A stretch of DNA of 64,000 nucleotides from an uncultured Gammaproteobacteria bacterium. Lineage in GTDB: Bacteria > Patescibacteriota > Patescibacteriia > Magasanikbacterales > UBA922. The notes beneath the pieces were generated by a model, which made no database searches, was not told the DNA's origin, and was given only the letters and a program-made list of their open reading frames with translations. This document shows, piece after piece, positions 1-9,504 of the stretch; the stretch's first letter is position 1, and each line of letters opens with the position of its first letter. A program made the position numbers and the translations under genes. Location of the stretch: positions 476,223 to 540,222 of the forward strand of contig OZ246405.1 of assembly GCA_965231005.1 (NCBI GenBank). The letters run 5' to 3'.

Positions 1-703
1 GATAAGCAGTATACTTGCTGTGTTGATTGCTGGTTGTACTGGTGTTGCTTGTTACAAGCTTGTATATCGTCCTTTAAAACATAGAAATGCATCTGCAGCA
101 ATTTTATTGATTGCAAGTCTTGCAATCATGATTTTTCTAGAAAATCTTGCTTTATTTTTTTATGGACCAGCCGTAAAAACACTAGATGCCATTCCTGTTC
201 AAGCAGGAATTGAACTGTTCGGTGCTGTAATAACACCACTGCAAATTGGAATTATAATTATTTCAGCTGTATTGCTTCTGGTTGTTTTTTTGGTTGTTCG
301 ATATACAAAAATTGGAAAAACTATGCGTGCTGTTTCTGATAATCCAGAATTAGCAGCTATTACTGGAATTGATTGTGAGCGAATCCATACGCTTGGTTTT
401 TTTGTTGGATCTGCAATTGCAGGAATTGGATCTGTTCTTATTTCATTGGAACAAAATATAAGTCCGCTTATGGGGACAGGACTTATTATAAAAGGGTTTG
501 CAGCTTCAGTGATTGGTGGAGTCACGTCTCTTCCTGGTGCTGTGCTTGGAAGCTATCTTCTGGGTATTGTTGAAAATATTGGAATTATTTGGATGCCATC
601 TGGGTACAAAGATGCGATTGCATTTTTTCTTCTTCTTATATTCCTAATTATTCGACCGCAAGGATTACTCGGTATTTCAAAAGGAATGAGGGAAACACAT
701 TAA
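1..703 (+). CDS. livH: Branched-chain amino acid ABC transporter permease (LivH-like); 5' end truncated by window edge
   Basis: Reading frame is open from position 2 with no upstream stop. Multi-TM hydrophobic product. Directly followed by LivM-, LivG- and LivF-like genes. Confidence 0.75.
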   Translation, partial: ISSILAVLIAGCTGVACYKLVYRPLKHRNASAAILLIASLAIMIFLENLALFFYGPAVKTLDAIPVQAGIELFGAVITPLQIGIIIISAVLLLVVFLVVRYTKIGKTMRAVSDNPELAAITGIDCERIHTLGFFVGSAIAGIGSVLISLEQNISPLMGTGLIIKGFAASVIGGVTSLPGAVLGSYLLGIVENIGIIWMPSGYKDAIAFFLLLIFLIIRPQGLLGISKGMRETH

Positions 704-710
704 TAATATT

Positions 711-1580
711 ATGATTAATTACGTTATACATACGCTTATTACAATAGGATATTACAGCATACTTGTTGTAAGTCTTAATCTTGCGCTTGGATATACTGGA
801 ATCATTAATTTGGGTCATGTTGCATTTTTTGCAATAGGCGCATATACAAGTGCACTCCTTACACTCTCAGGAATTCCTTTTGTACTAGCATTTTTTCTTT
901 CAGCTGTTGTTGCTGGTTTTTTTGGATATTTTCTTACTGTGCTTACAAATAGATTAAAAGGAGACTATGTGGCACTTGCAACGTTAGGGTTTAGTTTTAT
1001 TATTGGTTCTATATTATTAAACTGGACAAGTCTTACAAAAGGCGCTCTTGGTGTTCCTGGAATAGAAAAACCAAATATATTTGGTTATGCAATTATTGAT
1101 AATATTGGATATCTTATATTTACGTGGGTGGTTGCGTTGTCTGTCTATTGGATCATGTATAGGATTGTAAATTCTCGGTATGGAACGTTGCTTCAAGCTG
1201 TCAGAGACGATGCCATTGGATTAACAGCATTTGGAAAAAATATTTTTAAATTAAAATATCAAGCAATGATGGTTTCTGCTGGAATGGCAGGTATAGCAGG
1301 ATCACTCTTTGCACATTATATTACCTATATTCATCCAACAAATTTCTATCTTCCAGATATTATTTTTATGCTCAGCATGGTGATTGTCGGTGGACTTGCG
1401 TCACTCAGAGGGAGCATTGTTGCAACATTTGTCCTTGGTATTATTACTGAAATGCTTCGGTTTATTGATCTTCCGTCGCATGTTATTGGTCCATCTCGTC
1501 TTATGATTTATACTGTTATACTTATTGTAGTCTTGTTATACAAGCCGCGTGGTTTTTTTGGAAAAGTTGATCTTCATTAA
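711..1580 (+). CDS. livM: Branched-chain amino acid ABC transporter permease (LivM-like)
   Basis: 289-aa polytopic membrane protein. Tight spacing with flanking liv-type genes. Confidence 0.75.
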   Translation: MINYVIHTLITIGYYSILVVSLNLALGYTGIINLGHVAFFAIGAYTSALLTLSGIPFVLAFFLSAVVAGFFGYFLTVLTNRLKGDYVALATLGFSFIIGSILLNWTSLTKGALGVPGIEKPNIFGYAIIDNIGYLIFTWVVALSVYWIMYRIVNSRYGTLLQAVRDDAIGLTAFGKNIFKLKYQAMMVSAGMAGIAGSLFAHYITYIHPTNFYLPDIIFMLSMVIVGGLASLRGSIVATFVLGIITEMLRFIDLPSHVIGPSRLMIYTVILIVVLLYKPRGFFGKVDLH

Positions 1581-1581
1581 T

Positions 1582-2310
1582 ATGTTAGAAGTAAAACAGA
1601 TTAAAAAATCTTTTGGTGGTGTCCATGCAATAAAAGGATCTAATTTTACTATTGAAGAAAAAAAGATTACTGCACTTATTGGACCAAATGGGGCAGGAAA
1701 AACAACATTGTTTGACATTATTACTGGATTTACAAAACCAGATACTGGAGAGATTATATTTAATGGTGTCGATGTATCAGATCAATATCCATTTGTTCGT
1801 GCCAATAATGGAATGAGTCGCACATTTCAACAAGTTCGTCTTTTTCACTATCTAACAATTCTTGATCATTTGATTCTTTCTGAAAATAATGATGATACAC
1901 ATCTATTAAAAAATATGATCAAGACTGCGACTGTTGATCGAAGCAAGTATAAAAAAATATTAGAAGAATATGGAATAGAGCATGGACTGGACACACAGGT
2001 AAGTGATTTATCATATGGGCAAAGAAAGTTATTGCAAATTGCAATGGCAGTAACAAAACCACATACACTCCTTTTACTAGATGAACCTGTTGCAGGAGTA
2101 AACACTGTTGTGCAAGACAGAATTGAGCAATTACTTTTGGATTTAAAAAAACGTGGAGAAACAATTCTTATTATTGATCATGATATGAATTTTATTCGTA
2201 AACTTGCAGATCAAGTTATTGTGTTAGATGCAGGCATTGTCTTATTAGAAGGATCACCTCAAAAAGTGTTAGAAGATCCTCGCGTATTAGAAGCATATCT
2301 AGGAGAATAA
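1582..2310 (+). CDS. livG: ABC transporter ATP-binding protein (LivG-like)
   Basis: Walker A GPNGAGKTT, ABC signature LSYGQRKLL and Walker B LLLDEP are present. I placed the start at ATG 1582, immediately after the livM stop, rather than at the in-frame upstream Met at 1549. Confidence 0.85.
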   Translation: MLEVKQIKKSFGGVHAIKGSNFTIEEKKITALIGPNGAGKTTLFDIITGFTKPDTGEIIFNGVDVSDQYPFVRANNGMSRTFQQVRLFHYLTILDHLILSENNDDTHLLKNMIKTATVDRSKYKKILEEYGIEHGLDTQVSDLSYGQRKLLQIAMAVTKPHTLLLLDEPVAGVNTVVQDRIEQLLLDLKKRGETILIIDHDMNFIRKLADQVIVLDAGIVLLEGSPQKVLEDPRVLEAYLGE

Positions 2311-2316
2311 TAGTAT

Positions 2317-3039
2317 ATGAACACACTTCTTTCTTTATCAAAATTGAATGCAGGATATAAAGATCTTCAGATATTAAAAGACGTAAGTTTGGAATTGGAA
2401 AAAGGATCGATTTCAATTCTTATGGGACCCAATGGCGCAGGAAAATCAACATTGCTTAAGTCAATTTTTAATATTACTGATATAACAAGCGGATCAATTA
2501 TGTTTGAAGGAAAACATATTGAACATTGTCATACACATGAATTGTTGCATCGGGGTATTTCTTTTGTGTCACAAGGCAAAGTTAATTTTGGTATTTTGTC
2601 TGTTGAAGAAAATCTTCTTATGGGAGCGCATCACATACAAGACAACAATATTGTAAAAGAGCGTATCAAAAAGGTTTATTCGCAATTTCCTATTTTAGAA
2701 AGTAAAAAAAGTGAGTACGCGTTTAGTCTTTCCGGTGGACAACAACAGATGTTGGCAATTGGTCGAGCACTTATGAGCAGTCCAACATTACTTCTTATGG
2801 ATGAACCATCACTTGGTCTTGCACCGAAATTAGTCAAAGAGCTATTTCAGCATATTCTCGAGATAAGAAAAGAATTCAACACGACCATCTTAATTGTAGA
2901 ACATAACATTAAAAGTCTTATGGATATTGCAGATTATGGTTTTGTGCTTATGCAAGGTGAAGTTGTTGCTCATGATGCATGTGCAAGATTAAAAAATAGT
3001 GATATCATGAAGAAAGTATTTGTTGGTCACTTTGAATAA
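2317..3039 (+). CDS. livF: ABC transporter ATP-binding protein (LivF-like)
   Basis: Walker A GPNGAGKST, signature LSGGQQQML and Walker B LLMDEP are present. Confidence 0.85.
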   Translation: MNTLLSLSKLNAGYKDLQILKDVSLELEKGSISILMGPNGAGKSTLLKSIFNITDITSGSIMFEGKHIEHCHTHELLHRGISFVSQGKVNFGILSVEENLLMGAHHIQDNNIVKERIKKVYSQFPILESKKSEYAFSLSGGQQQMLAIGRALMSSPTLLLMDEPSLGLAPKLVKELFQHILEIRKEFNTTILIVEHNIKSLMDIADYGFVLMQGEVVAHDACARLKNSDIMKKVFVGHFE

Positions 3040-3045
3040 AACAGT

Positions 3046-4317
3046 ATGAAAAAGAAAATTCTTGATTTACATATTCATTCAAAATACTCTCGTGCCTGTT
3101 CAAAAAATTTAGAGCTCCCCTCTATTGCGAAAGCATGTGAAACGCGCGGGATTGATATTGTTGTTACGTCTGATTTTACACATCCGGCCTGGTTTTCTGA
3201 TATTAAAGAACAATTAGTAGAAGATACAGAAGGTGTATATAAACTAAAAGATGATTCTAGCAAAACTCGTTTTATTATTGGTACAGAGATTGCATCAATA
3301 AAAAAACATAAAGATAAGACACGACGTGTTCATCTTCTTGTGTTTGCACCGTCTATTGAAGTTGCAGAAAAATTTAATAATGCACTTGATGCCAGAGGAA
3401 TTAATCTAACTGCAGATGGAAGACCAATTATTGGGATGCCAAGTAAAGATATTTTGGAATTGATGTTAGAGATTGACGAGCGTATGGTTATGATTCCAGC
3501 ACATGCATGGACGCCGTGGTTTGGTGTATTTGGTTCAAAAGGTGGATATAATTCTATGGAAGAAGCATTTGATGATCTTGCACCACATATTTTTGCAATA
3601 GAAACTGGTTTATCGAGTGATCCACTTATGAATTGGCGATGTTCATGGCTAGATAATATTGCTCTTGTTTCAAATTCCGATGCGCATAGTACACCAAAAC
3701 TTGGTCGTGAAGCAAACGTACTCCAATTTGAAGATAATGAAGAGGTTACGTATACAGAAATAATGAGAATTATTCGGGATCAAGATAAACATAAATTTAT
3801 TGAAACATTAGAATTTTATCCTGAGGAAGGAAAGTACCACCATGATGGTCACAGGGCTTGTAATTTTTCTTGTGAACCAGAGGAAACAAAAAAAAGAGGG
3901 AACATGTGTCCTGTGTGTAAGAAGCCATTGGTTATTGGTGTGTTGAATCGTGTGCATGAATTAGCAGATAGAACAGAAGAACAAGCTCGTGCAGCTGCGC
4001 GCATTCCGTACAAAAGTATTTTTCCACTTCCAGAAGTTCTTGCAGATGTGTATCAAGTTGGACCAAATACCAAACGGGTAAAAACAGTATATGATGAACT
4101 TATTGAGAAACTTGGTTCAGAATTTCATATTTTACTAGATGCATCAATTAAAGATATAGAGAAAGCAAGCTCTGCACAAGTTGCTAGAGCAATTGATAGA
4201 ATGAGGAAAGGAGAAGTATTTTTGTCTGCAGGGTTTGATGGTGAATTTGGTGTTGTAAAAGTATTTGGAGAAGATGAAGATAGGGGATGGGGAAAGCAGA
4301 CAGAATTACTTATTTAA
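3046..4317 (+). CDS. PHP-family metal-dependent phosphoesterase with C-terminal Cys4 zinc-ribbon
   Basis: N-terminal LDLHIHSKYSRACS matches the PHP histidine motif. Internal CNFSC...CPVC cysteine pairs are present. Confidence 0.6.
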   Translation: MKKKILDLHIHSKYSRACSKNLELPSIAKACETRGIDIVVTSDFTHPAWFSDIKEQLVEDTEGVYKLKDDSSKTRFIIGTEIASIKKHKDKTRRVHLLVFAPSIEVAEKFNNALDARGINLTADGRPIIGMPSKDILELMLEIDERMVMIPAHAWTPWFGVFGSKGGYNSMEEAFDDLAPHIFAIETGLSSDPLMNWRCSWLDNIALVSNSDAHSTPKLGREANVLQFEDNEEVTYTEIMRIIRDQDKHKFIETLEFYPEEGKYHHDGHRACNFSCEPEETKKRGNMCPVCKKPLVIGVLNRVHELADRTEEQARAAARIPYKSIFPLPEVLADVYQVGPNTKRVKTVYDELIEKLGSEFHILLDASIKDIEKASSAQVARAIDRMRKGEVFLSAGFDGEFGVVKVFGEDEDRGWGKQTELLI

Positions 4318-4334
4318 AATTAATCTTAGTTCAA

Positions 4335-4372
4335 ACAAAAAACCACCCGCCAATTGGCAGGTGGGTTTTTTG
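4335..4372. terminator. Bidirectional rho-independent terminator
   Basis: Hairpin CCACCCGCC/GGCAGGTGG is flanked by an A-run on one side and a T-run on the other. It lies between convergent genes ending at 4317 (+) and 4383 (-). Coordinates approximate. Confidence 0.6.
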
Positions 4373-4382
4373 GTAGAAAAGT

Positions 4383-4958
4383 TTATCTTTTCTTACGTCT
4401 TTTAGTAGCTTTACGCTTTGCTGGCTTACGTTTCTTTGTAGCTTTACGTTTTGCAGGTTTACGCTTTTTAGCAGCTTTTCTCTTTTTAGGAGCAGCTTTC
4501 TTTTTGCGCTTTGCTGGCTTACGTTTTTTAGTAGCTTTACGTTTTGCAGGTTTACGCTTTTTCGCAGCTTTTCTCTTTTTAGGAGCAGCTTTCTTTTTGC
4601 GCTTTGCTGGCTTACGCTTTGCAACTTTACGTTTTGCAGGTTTACGCTTTTTAGCAGCTTTTCTCTTTTTAGGAGCAGCTTTCTTTTTGCGCTTTGCTGG
4701 TTTACGTTTCTTTGTAGCTTTACGTTTCGCTGGCTTACGTTTTTTAGTAGCTTTACGTTTTGCAGGTTTACGCTTTTTCGCAGCTTTTCTCTTTTTAGGA
4801 GCAGCTTTCTTTTTGCGCTTTGCTGGCTTACGCTTTGCAACTTTACGTTTTGCAGGTTTACGTTTCTTTGTAGCTTTGCGTTTCGCTGGTTTTCGTTTTG
4901 CAGCTTTTCTCTTTTTAGGAGCAGCTTTTTTACGAGTTGCGCGTTTTCGTGCTGGCAT
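4383..4958 (-). CDS. Lysine/alanine-rich histone H1-like (Hc1/AlgP-like) DNA-binding protein
   Basis: Product is MPARKRATRKKAAPKKRKAAKRKPAKRK... made of KRKPAKRKATKK-type repeats. A strong SD (GGAGGTG) sits 6 nt upstream of the ATG on the minus strand. The overlapping ORFs on other frames or strand are repeat artefacts. Confidence 0.7.
   Translation of the reverse strand: MPARKRATRKKAAPKKRKAAKRKPAKRKATKKRKPAKRKVAKRKPAKRKKKAAPKKRKAAKKRKPAKRKATKKRKPAKRKATKKRKPAKRKKKAAPKKRKAAKKRKPAKRKVAKRKPAKRKKKAAPKKRKAAKKRKPAKRKATKKRKPAKRKKKAAPKKRKAAKKRKPAKRKATKKRKPAKRKATKRRKKR
4390..4950. repeat. Tandem coding repeats (about 30-nt subunits, blocks of 90-126 nt) inside the histone-like gene
   Basis: The motif gcagcttttctctttttaggagcagctttctttttgcgctttgctgg recurs at about 4471, 4564, 4654, 4780 and 4900. 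Confidence 0.8.
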
Positions 4959-5230
4959 ATGTACACCTCCTCTCTTTTCGAGAGTATTATATATGTAACT
5001 TTGACATGACCATGGTACACACCAAATGGTATTACATACAAATTTTTTTTACATGACAAGCATTGATGTAAAAAAATTTAAAAAATAAAAAAATATTTTT
5101 CAATCGACCTTTTACAATAGTATAATTTGTTTTTTGTTTTTTTGATATAGTTTTGCGTTGAAAACTGTGTATAACTTTGCAAAAATAAAAAAAGGTTGTT
5201 TTACCTTTTTTTGTTTCTACAATTGTTTTT

Positions 5231-5875
5231 TTATTTTTTTATATCTTTTGCAAAACCTAGAATAAAAAACATCAAAATACTTCCAAAACAAATTCCTGCA
5301 AAATTAAAAAAGAAAAGAGTAAGACTACTCATTGCAAATGCCAGTTCTCCATTTGCTAATTGTAATCCACTAACTGCAAGCGGAGGTACAATGGCAACAG
5401 CGATTGCGATTCCTGTTAATGATTCAAGAACTTTTGGTCGTGCATAGCTATATGCGCCAGCAAGCCCACTAAACAGTGCCACTAAAAAATACAAAAGATT
5501 TGGATCTGTTCGAAGGAACATTTCAGTCGTGATTTTAATTGATTGTCCTTCAATAATTATTGCTATCGTTCCAAGAAGATAAGCAATTATTACTGTAAAG
5601 AAAGAACCAAGAATAACATGAAGTAATGCACGAAAGAATCTTTTTATCTCAAATGCTAAAAATGCAAGAGAAAAACTTATAATCGGAATAATAAGAGGTG
5701 CCAAAACCATGGCACCAATAATAATTGCTGTATTATCTAATAGTAATCCAAGTCCAGCGAGTGCTGCTGCAAGTCCTGTAAGCGTATAAAAGTTTGTTAC
5801 ATTATTTGTATGGTGTTCTAAACGTACTTGCGTTTTTTGTCTCATACGTGCAAATCGAGACAATGATATTCTCAT
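5231..5875 (-). CDS. Polytopic integral membrane protein (possibly DUF389-like)
   Basis: 214-aa product with at least 5 hydrophobic helices. Abuts the HD-domain gene on the same strand. Confidence 0.45.
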   Translation of the reverse strand: MRISLSRFARMRQKTQVRLEHHTNNVTNFYTLTGLAAALAGLGLLLDNTAIIIGAMVLAPLIIPIISFSLAFLAFEIKRFFRALLHVILGSFFTVIIAYLLGTIAIIIEGQSIKITTEMFLRTDPNLLYFLVALFSGLAGAYSYARPKVLESLTGIAIAVAIVPPLAVSGLQLANGELAFAMSSLTLFFFNFAGICFGSILMFFILGFAKDIKK

Positions 5876-5876
5876 A

Positions 5877-6590
5877 TTATGTTGTTAGAAGAAGATTATA
5901 AATGAGTGTTTCTCCGCGGGCTATATAATTATCAAGATCTTTTTTTGACAAAAAAGAACGGTGCCATTCGTAAATATCAATTTGCTTTATCCAAGCAATA
6001 AAGTTTTTCAAGATTTCAACAAGAAGTTGTTTTGCTTTTTTTGTTTTTAATTCAAATTGTTTTGTCATTAAAAACCACTTTACCATTATTTTATATCCAA
6101 TTTTATATAATGTTGATGACGCTGCAAGCTTTTGAATGTATTCGGTTCTGTCTACATGAAGAAGATCAAGTGCGTCTGCATCCTTTAAAATATCCAAAAG
6201 TATTCTGTTTTTCTTTCTTAAAAAGATTTTTGTTAATATTGTTCCTGTCCCCATACTTTTACAGAAAATAATTCTTGTTGCCATTCCAGCCACAGTGCCA
6301 AATAATCCATAACGAATTGTCCAATACCAAAGCATGAGTGCAGAAATAGTGTCATCGATCAGTGGCATAACAATAAAAGATGGTTTACGAGTAATTGTCC
6401 TGCCAACATCATGCCACCACGCAGAAAGCATAAGAGCCTCCCTTTGTTGTCTTGATAAATCATAACTATCAGCAATTGTCTTACAATGGCCAACGACCCG
6501 TTTTACATGGGCAAGATCATGAATAGGATCTTGGGAGCGAGACATCATTTTTTTAGCTAAAATAAGCAATTTTTTGACTTTATTTTGCAT
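5877..6590 (-). CDS. HD-domain phosphohydrolase
   Basis: H..H (HDLAHVKRV) and WWHDVGR motifs are typical of the HD superfamily. Confidence 0.7.
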   Translation of the reverse strand: MQNKVKKLLILAKKMMSRSQDPIHDLAHVKRVVGHCKTIADSYDLSRQQREALMLSAWWHDVGRTITRKPSFIVMPLIDDTISALMLWYWTIRYGLFGTVAGMATRIIFCKSMGTGTILTKIFLRKKNRILLDILKDADALDLLHVDRTEYIQKLAASSTLYKIGYKIMVKWFLMTKQFELKTKKAKQLLVEILKNFIAWIKQIDIYEWHRSFLSKKDLDNYIARGETLIYNLLLTT

Positions 6591-6876
6591 ATATGTTCAA
6601 ATAAACGTGTCTAGTATACCATGGCTGGTAGAAACACTCAATTATGGTATAGTAATAATGCCCAGTTGACCTATTGACAATATAGGAAAATATTGCTAAG
6701 ATTAGCTGTTCGTTCATTACAATGGATCAATCTCGGATCATTGTAGAGTGGCCTTGCTTAACTCATTTTTAGTGAATTGAGCAGGCCCACTCTCTTTCCT
6801 GAGTGGAATCCAAAACAAAGATGGGTAGATCTGGGTTCAGATTTGCCTACAGAACTCGAACACAAAGGGGGACATC

Positions 6877-9051
6877 ATGAAAAAGGGAAATACCTTCTGG
6901 GTATGTACACTCTTGTTGGCCGGCTGCCTGGATGGTGAGCTGGACAACGATGTGATCGGCAAGAAGCAGTGCTTGGACACGTTCCAGGCAGAAGCTCTTG
7001 TCCTGGTCGACTGCGAAGAAACTGTCACATCTTGGTGTGGTGACAATTCAGACAACGAGGATTGCAAGAAGTTCCTGTCGTCTTCGGATGCGGGCGCTGA
7101 TGCAAGCGATGCTGCTGAGGACACTGACACCAAGGTGAACAACGACAAGTGCCAGAAACACAGCGACTGTCCAACACCGAGCAACCCGTGCAAAAAAGCC
7201 GCGTGCGGCAAAGACGTGAAGTCCGGCAACATGGTCTGTACCGAGGTGGGGCCTGAAACTTGCGGCAGCGATGCCAATGGTGATGGAACTGCTGATGGAA
7301 AGGCTGAGGATGCCGATGTCACCGAAGATGTTGGTAGCGATGCAGATACTTCGGACTCTGGTAGCGATGCCAAGGACGCAGGTGACACAGAGGACGGCGG
7401 AGACGTTGCCGAAGTCAAAGACGCTGATGATGCAAGTGATGGAGGCGCTGTTGATGCTGCTGATGCTGCCACCGCAGACACGTCTATGTTCGATGCAGGT
7501 GGCCACGATACTGACGCTGGTTCGGACGACGATGGCGATGCAGCAGGAGATGTTGCTGAAGTCAAAGACGCTGATGATGCAAGTGATGGAGGCGCTGTTG
7601 ATGCTGCTGACGCTGCAACCACAGACACGTCCATGTTCGATGCAGATGGTCAAACGGATGCAGGTTCGCACGACGTTGACGCAGGTTCTGTTGACACCAG
7701 TGGTGACACAGCAGATTCTGGCGTAGACACCAAGGCTGACACAACCACGCCTGCGTGCTCGACAAAGGACTGCGACGACAAGAACCCATGTACGACTGAC
7801 TCCTGTGACAAGCTGAAGGGCTGTGTGAACTTGGCAAACACTGCCACGTGTTCGGACGCAAATCCGTGTACGGTTGGCGATGTGTGTGCTGACAAGGTCT
7901 GCAAGCCTGGCAAGCCGAATACCTGTGATGACAAACTCGCATGCACGGTTGATTCTTGTGACAAGCTGAAAGGATGTGTCCACAAGACAGACAACAGCAA
8001 GTGCGACGACGGGAAGAAATGTACCGACGATACGTGTGTTGTCACAACAGGTTGCATTCACAAGCAGAAATCCGGTTGTGCTCCGTGCACCAAGGCGACC
8101 CGAAAGAAGGACTGCGACGACGGAAATGGCTGTACAGCTGACCTCTGCGTTCAGAGCGCTTGCTACCACGAGTCACTGGACCAAAAGCCCTGTGACGATG
8201 GGAGTAAGTGTACGCAGAGTGATGTGTGTAAGGACAAGACCTGCGCCGCAGGAAAGCAACTCGACTGCAACGACAAGAACGCCTGCACGGACGACGTCTG
8301 TGACCCCAAGACCGGCTGTACGCACAAGAACAACACCAACAAGTGTGAGGACGGGAGCAAATGCACCCTTTCTGATGTCTGCAAGGATGGGAAGTGCGTG
8401 CCGGGCAAGAAGCTCGACTGCAACGACAAGAACGCCTGCACGGACGACGCCTGTAACGCCAAGGCCGGCTGCACACACAAGCAGGATGATAACAACACGT
8501 GTGATGACGGCAACAAGTGCACCAGTGATGCATGCGTTGCTGGCAAGTGCGTCAGCAAGCACATTGCCGGCTGCAAGTCGGTCTCGGTTACCCTTACGGT
8601 CGCTTTGAACACCAAGTTTCAGACGTACATGCAAAACAATCAGCAGGGGCCTTGCAACAAAGCCTTGCGCATCTTTATCGAGAAGTGCGAGGCCAAGAAC
8701 GTCTACGGCAACAAAGTGGTCATCATCCCATCCGGGTTTTATGGAGACTACGATAAAGACATCGTCAAGCTGAAGGAGATAGTGTACACACATCCTACAA
8801 AAGCCGAGGCATGGGTGAAGGGGTCTGCAGATTGTCGCATCAACATCTCGGGCTACCTATCGGAGGTCAAAGACGCACTCAAGGATTATAAGTGTTGGGC
8901 GACGGTGAATCCTCCGAAGGGTGTTAACGAGCTGAAGCCCATTCTCACGACTTCTGCCGGCTGCACGTACGAGTATTCCCTTGCAGACACCTGTCTTCCG
9001 AAGGAACTTGGTTCGCTCATCTGGTGCAACAAAAAGCCCATCTGCAAATGA
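6877..9051 (+). CDS. High-GC, Cys-rich secreted lipoprotein with acidic D/A/G-rich region and about 8 Dictyostelium-type CTDC-like Cys repeats
   Basis: Signal peptide with lipobox LLLAGC. Repeats of the form C-D-D-K-N-x-C-T-x-D-x-C-D-x-x-x-G-C-x-H-K alternate with C-x-D-G-x-K-C-T variants. G+C and codon usage differ strongly from the flanks. Confidence 0.75.
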   Translation: MKKGNTFWVCTLLLAGCLDGELDNDVIGKKQCLDTFQAEALVLVDCEETVTSWCGDNSDNEDCKKFLSSSDAGADASDAAEDTDTKVNNDKCQKHSDCPTPSNPCKKAACGKDVKSGNMVCTEVGPETCGSDANGDGTADGKAEDADVTEDVGSDADTSDSGSDAKDAGDTEDGGDVAEVKDADDASDGGAVDAADAATADTSMFDAGGHDTDAGSDDDGDAAGDVAEVKDADDASDGGAVDAADAATTDTSMFDADGQTDAGSHDVDAGSVDTSGDTADSGVDTKADTTTPACSTKDCDDKNPCTTDSCDKLKGCVNLANTATCSDANPCTVGDVCADKVCKPGKPNTCDDKLACTVDSCDKLKGCVHKTDNSKCDDGKKCTDDTCVVTTGCIHKQKSGCAPCTKATRKKDCDDGNGCTADLCVQSACYHESLDQKPCDDGSKCTQSDVCKDKTCAAGKQLDCNDKNACTDDVCDPKTGCTHKNNTNKCEDGSKCTLSDVCKDGKCVPGKKLDCNDKNACTDDACNAKAGCTHKQDDNNTCDDGNKCTSDACVAGKCVSKHIAGCKSVSVTLTVALNTKFQTYMQNNQQGPCNKALRIFIEKCEAKNVYGNKVVIIPSGFYGDYDKDIVKLKEIVYTHPTKAEAWVKGSADCRINISGYLSEVKDALKDYKCWATVNPPKGVNELKPILTTSAGCTYEYSLADTCLPKELGSLIWCNKKPICK
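7395..7650. repeat. About 115-bp near-identical direct tandem duplication inside the lipoprotein gene
   Basis: Two copies of gttgc[ct]gaagtcaaagacgctgatgatgcaagtgatggaggcgctgttgatgctgctga... differ at 6 positions. The differences are not restricted to adenines. Confidence 0.7.
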
Positions 9052-9062
9052 GTTCAACAAAC

Positions 9063-9165
9063 GATCACCACCCTCTCCTCGCGCATGGTGATCTGCTGTG
9101 GGAGGCTCCGAGCCCGCTCTCGGAGCCTCCCCGGCGCGCATCTCCGAATATTACCATATTCGGAG
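9063..9165. terminator. Cluster of three GC-rich hairpins directly after the island gene
   Basis: GATCACCA...TGGTGATC, then GGGAGGCTCCGAG-cccgct-CTCGGAGCCTCCC, then CTCCGAATAT-tacc-ATATTCGGAG. A T-rich tail follows. Coordinates approximate. Confidence 0.4.
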
Positions 9166-9346
9166 CTCCTCAATTTTCATTTTGTTTATAGAAGTGAAAT
9201 TTGTAAGAGCTTAGAGAAAATAGCTGAAAAAACAGGATTTATGAGTCTTGTTTTTTTCATCTTTATTTGCTATGCTACTGATGTTTTTATAGTGATTGAA
9301 GCACAACGCTTATTGTTCCGAGTGAGAAAAATGTAAATGGGCCTGT

Positions 9347-9419
9347 GGGCCTGTAGCTCAGTGGTTAGAGCACAACGCTTATAACGTTGGGGTCGATGGT
9401 TCAATTCCATCCAGGCCTA
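9347..9419 (+). tRNA. tRNA-Ile with anticodon UAU (gene TAT)
   Basis: Manual cloverleaf fold. Acceptor is GGGCCTG/CAGGCCT with a G1-U72 wobble. D-arm GCTC-AGTGGTTA-GAGC, anticodon stem CAACG/CGTTG with loop CTTATAA, T-arm GATGG-TTCAATT-CCATC. No CCA is encoded. Confidence 0.7.
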
Positions 9420-9464
9420 CAGGCAGATTTACATTGTTTTCGAACGACGGAACAACCTATCAGG

Positions 9465-9504
9465 ATAACGTTGGGGTCGATGGTTCAATTCCATCCAGGC
9501 CTAC
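9465..9504 (+). repeat. Exact 40-bp duplicate of the tRNA-Ile 3' half (att-like scar or tRNA pseudogene fragment)
   Basis: ataacgttggggtcgatggttcaattccatccaggcctac at 9381-9420 is repeated 44 bp downstream. A further 14-nt exact match to the anticodon-arm region (agcacaacgcttat) lies upstream at 9300-9313. Confidence 0.85.

Noticed and set aside
4390-4950. CRISPR-like periodicity of repeats
   Set aside because: The repeats are coding, imperfect and contiguous without unique spacers. No cas genes are present.
4331-5059. Long overlapping ORFs on the minus strand (242 aa) and the plus strand (4354-4998, 214 aa, FAGLRF repeats) over the same repeat tract
   Set aside because: They are low-complexity translations of the same tandem repeat in other frames or on the other strand. 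Only the 4383-4958 minus-strand frame has a consensus SD-ATG and a plausible K/R-rich DNA-binding product.
7395-7650. Possible DGR template/variable repeat pair (near-identical ~115-bp repeats in a surface-protein gene)
   Set aside because: The six differences are not adenine-specific (c>t, t>c, c>a, g>a, t>c, g>a). No reverse transcriptase ORF is nearby. It is more simply an in-frame tandem duplication.
7048-8793. Several long antisense or alternative-frame ORFs (for example 7048-8169 minus, 7976-8608 plus, 8173-8793 minus) inside the high-GC lipoprotein gene
   Set aside because: Stop-poor frames are expected in GC-rich DNA. They lack starts with an RBS and overlap the clearly structured Cys-repeat gene.
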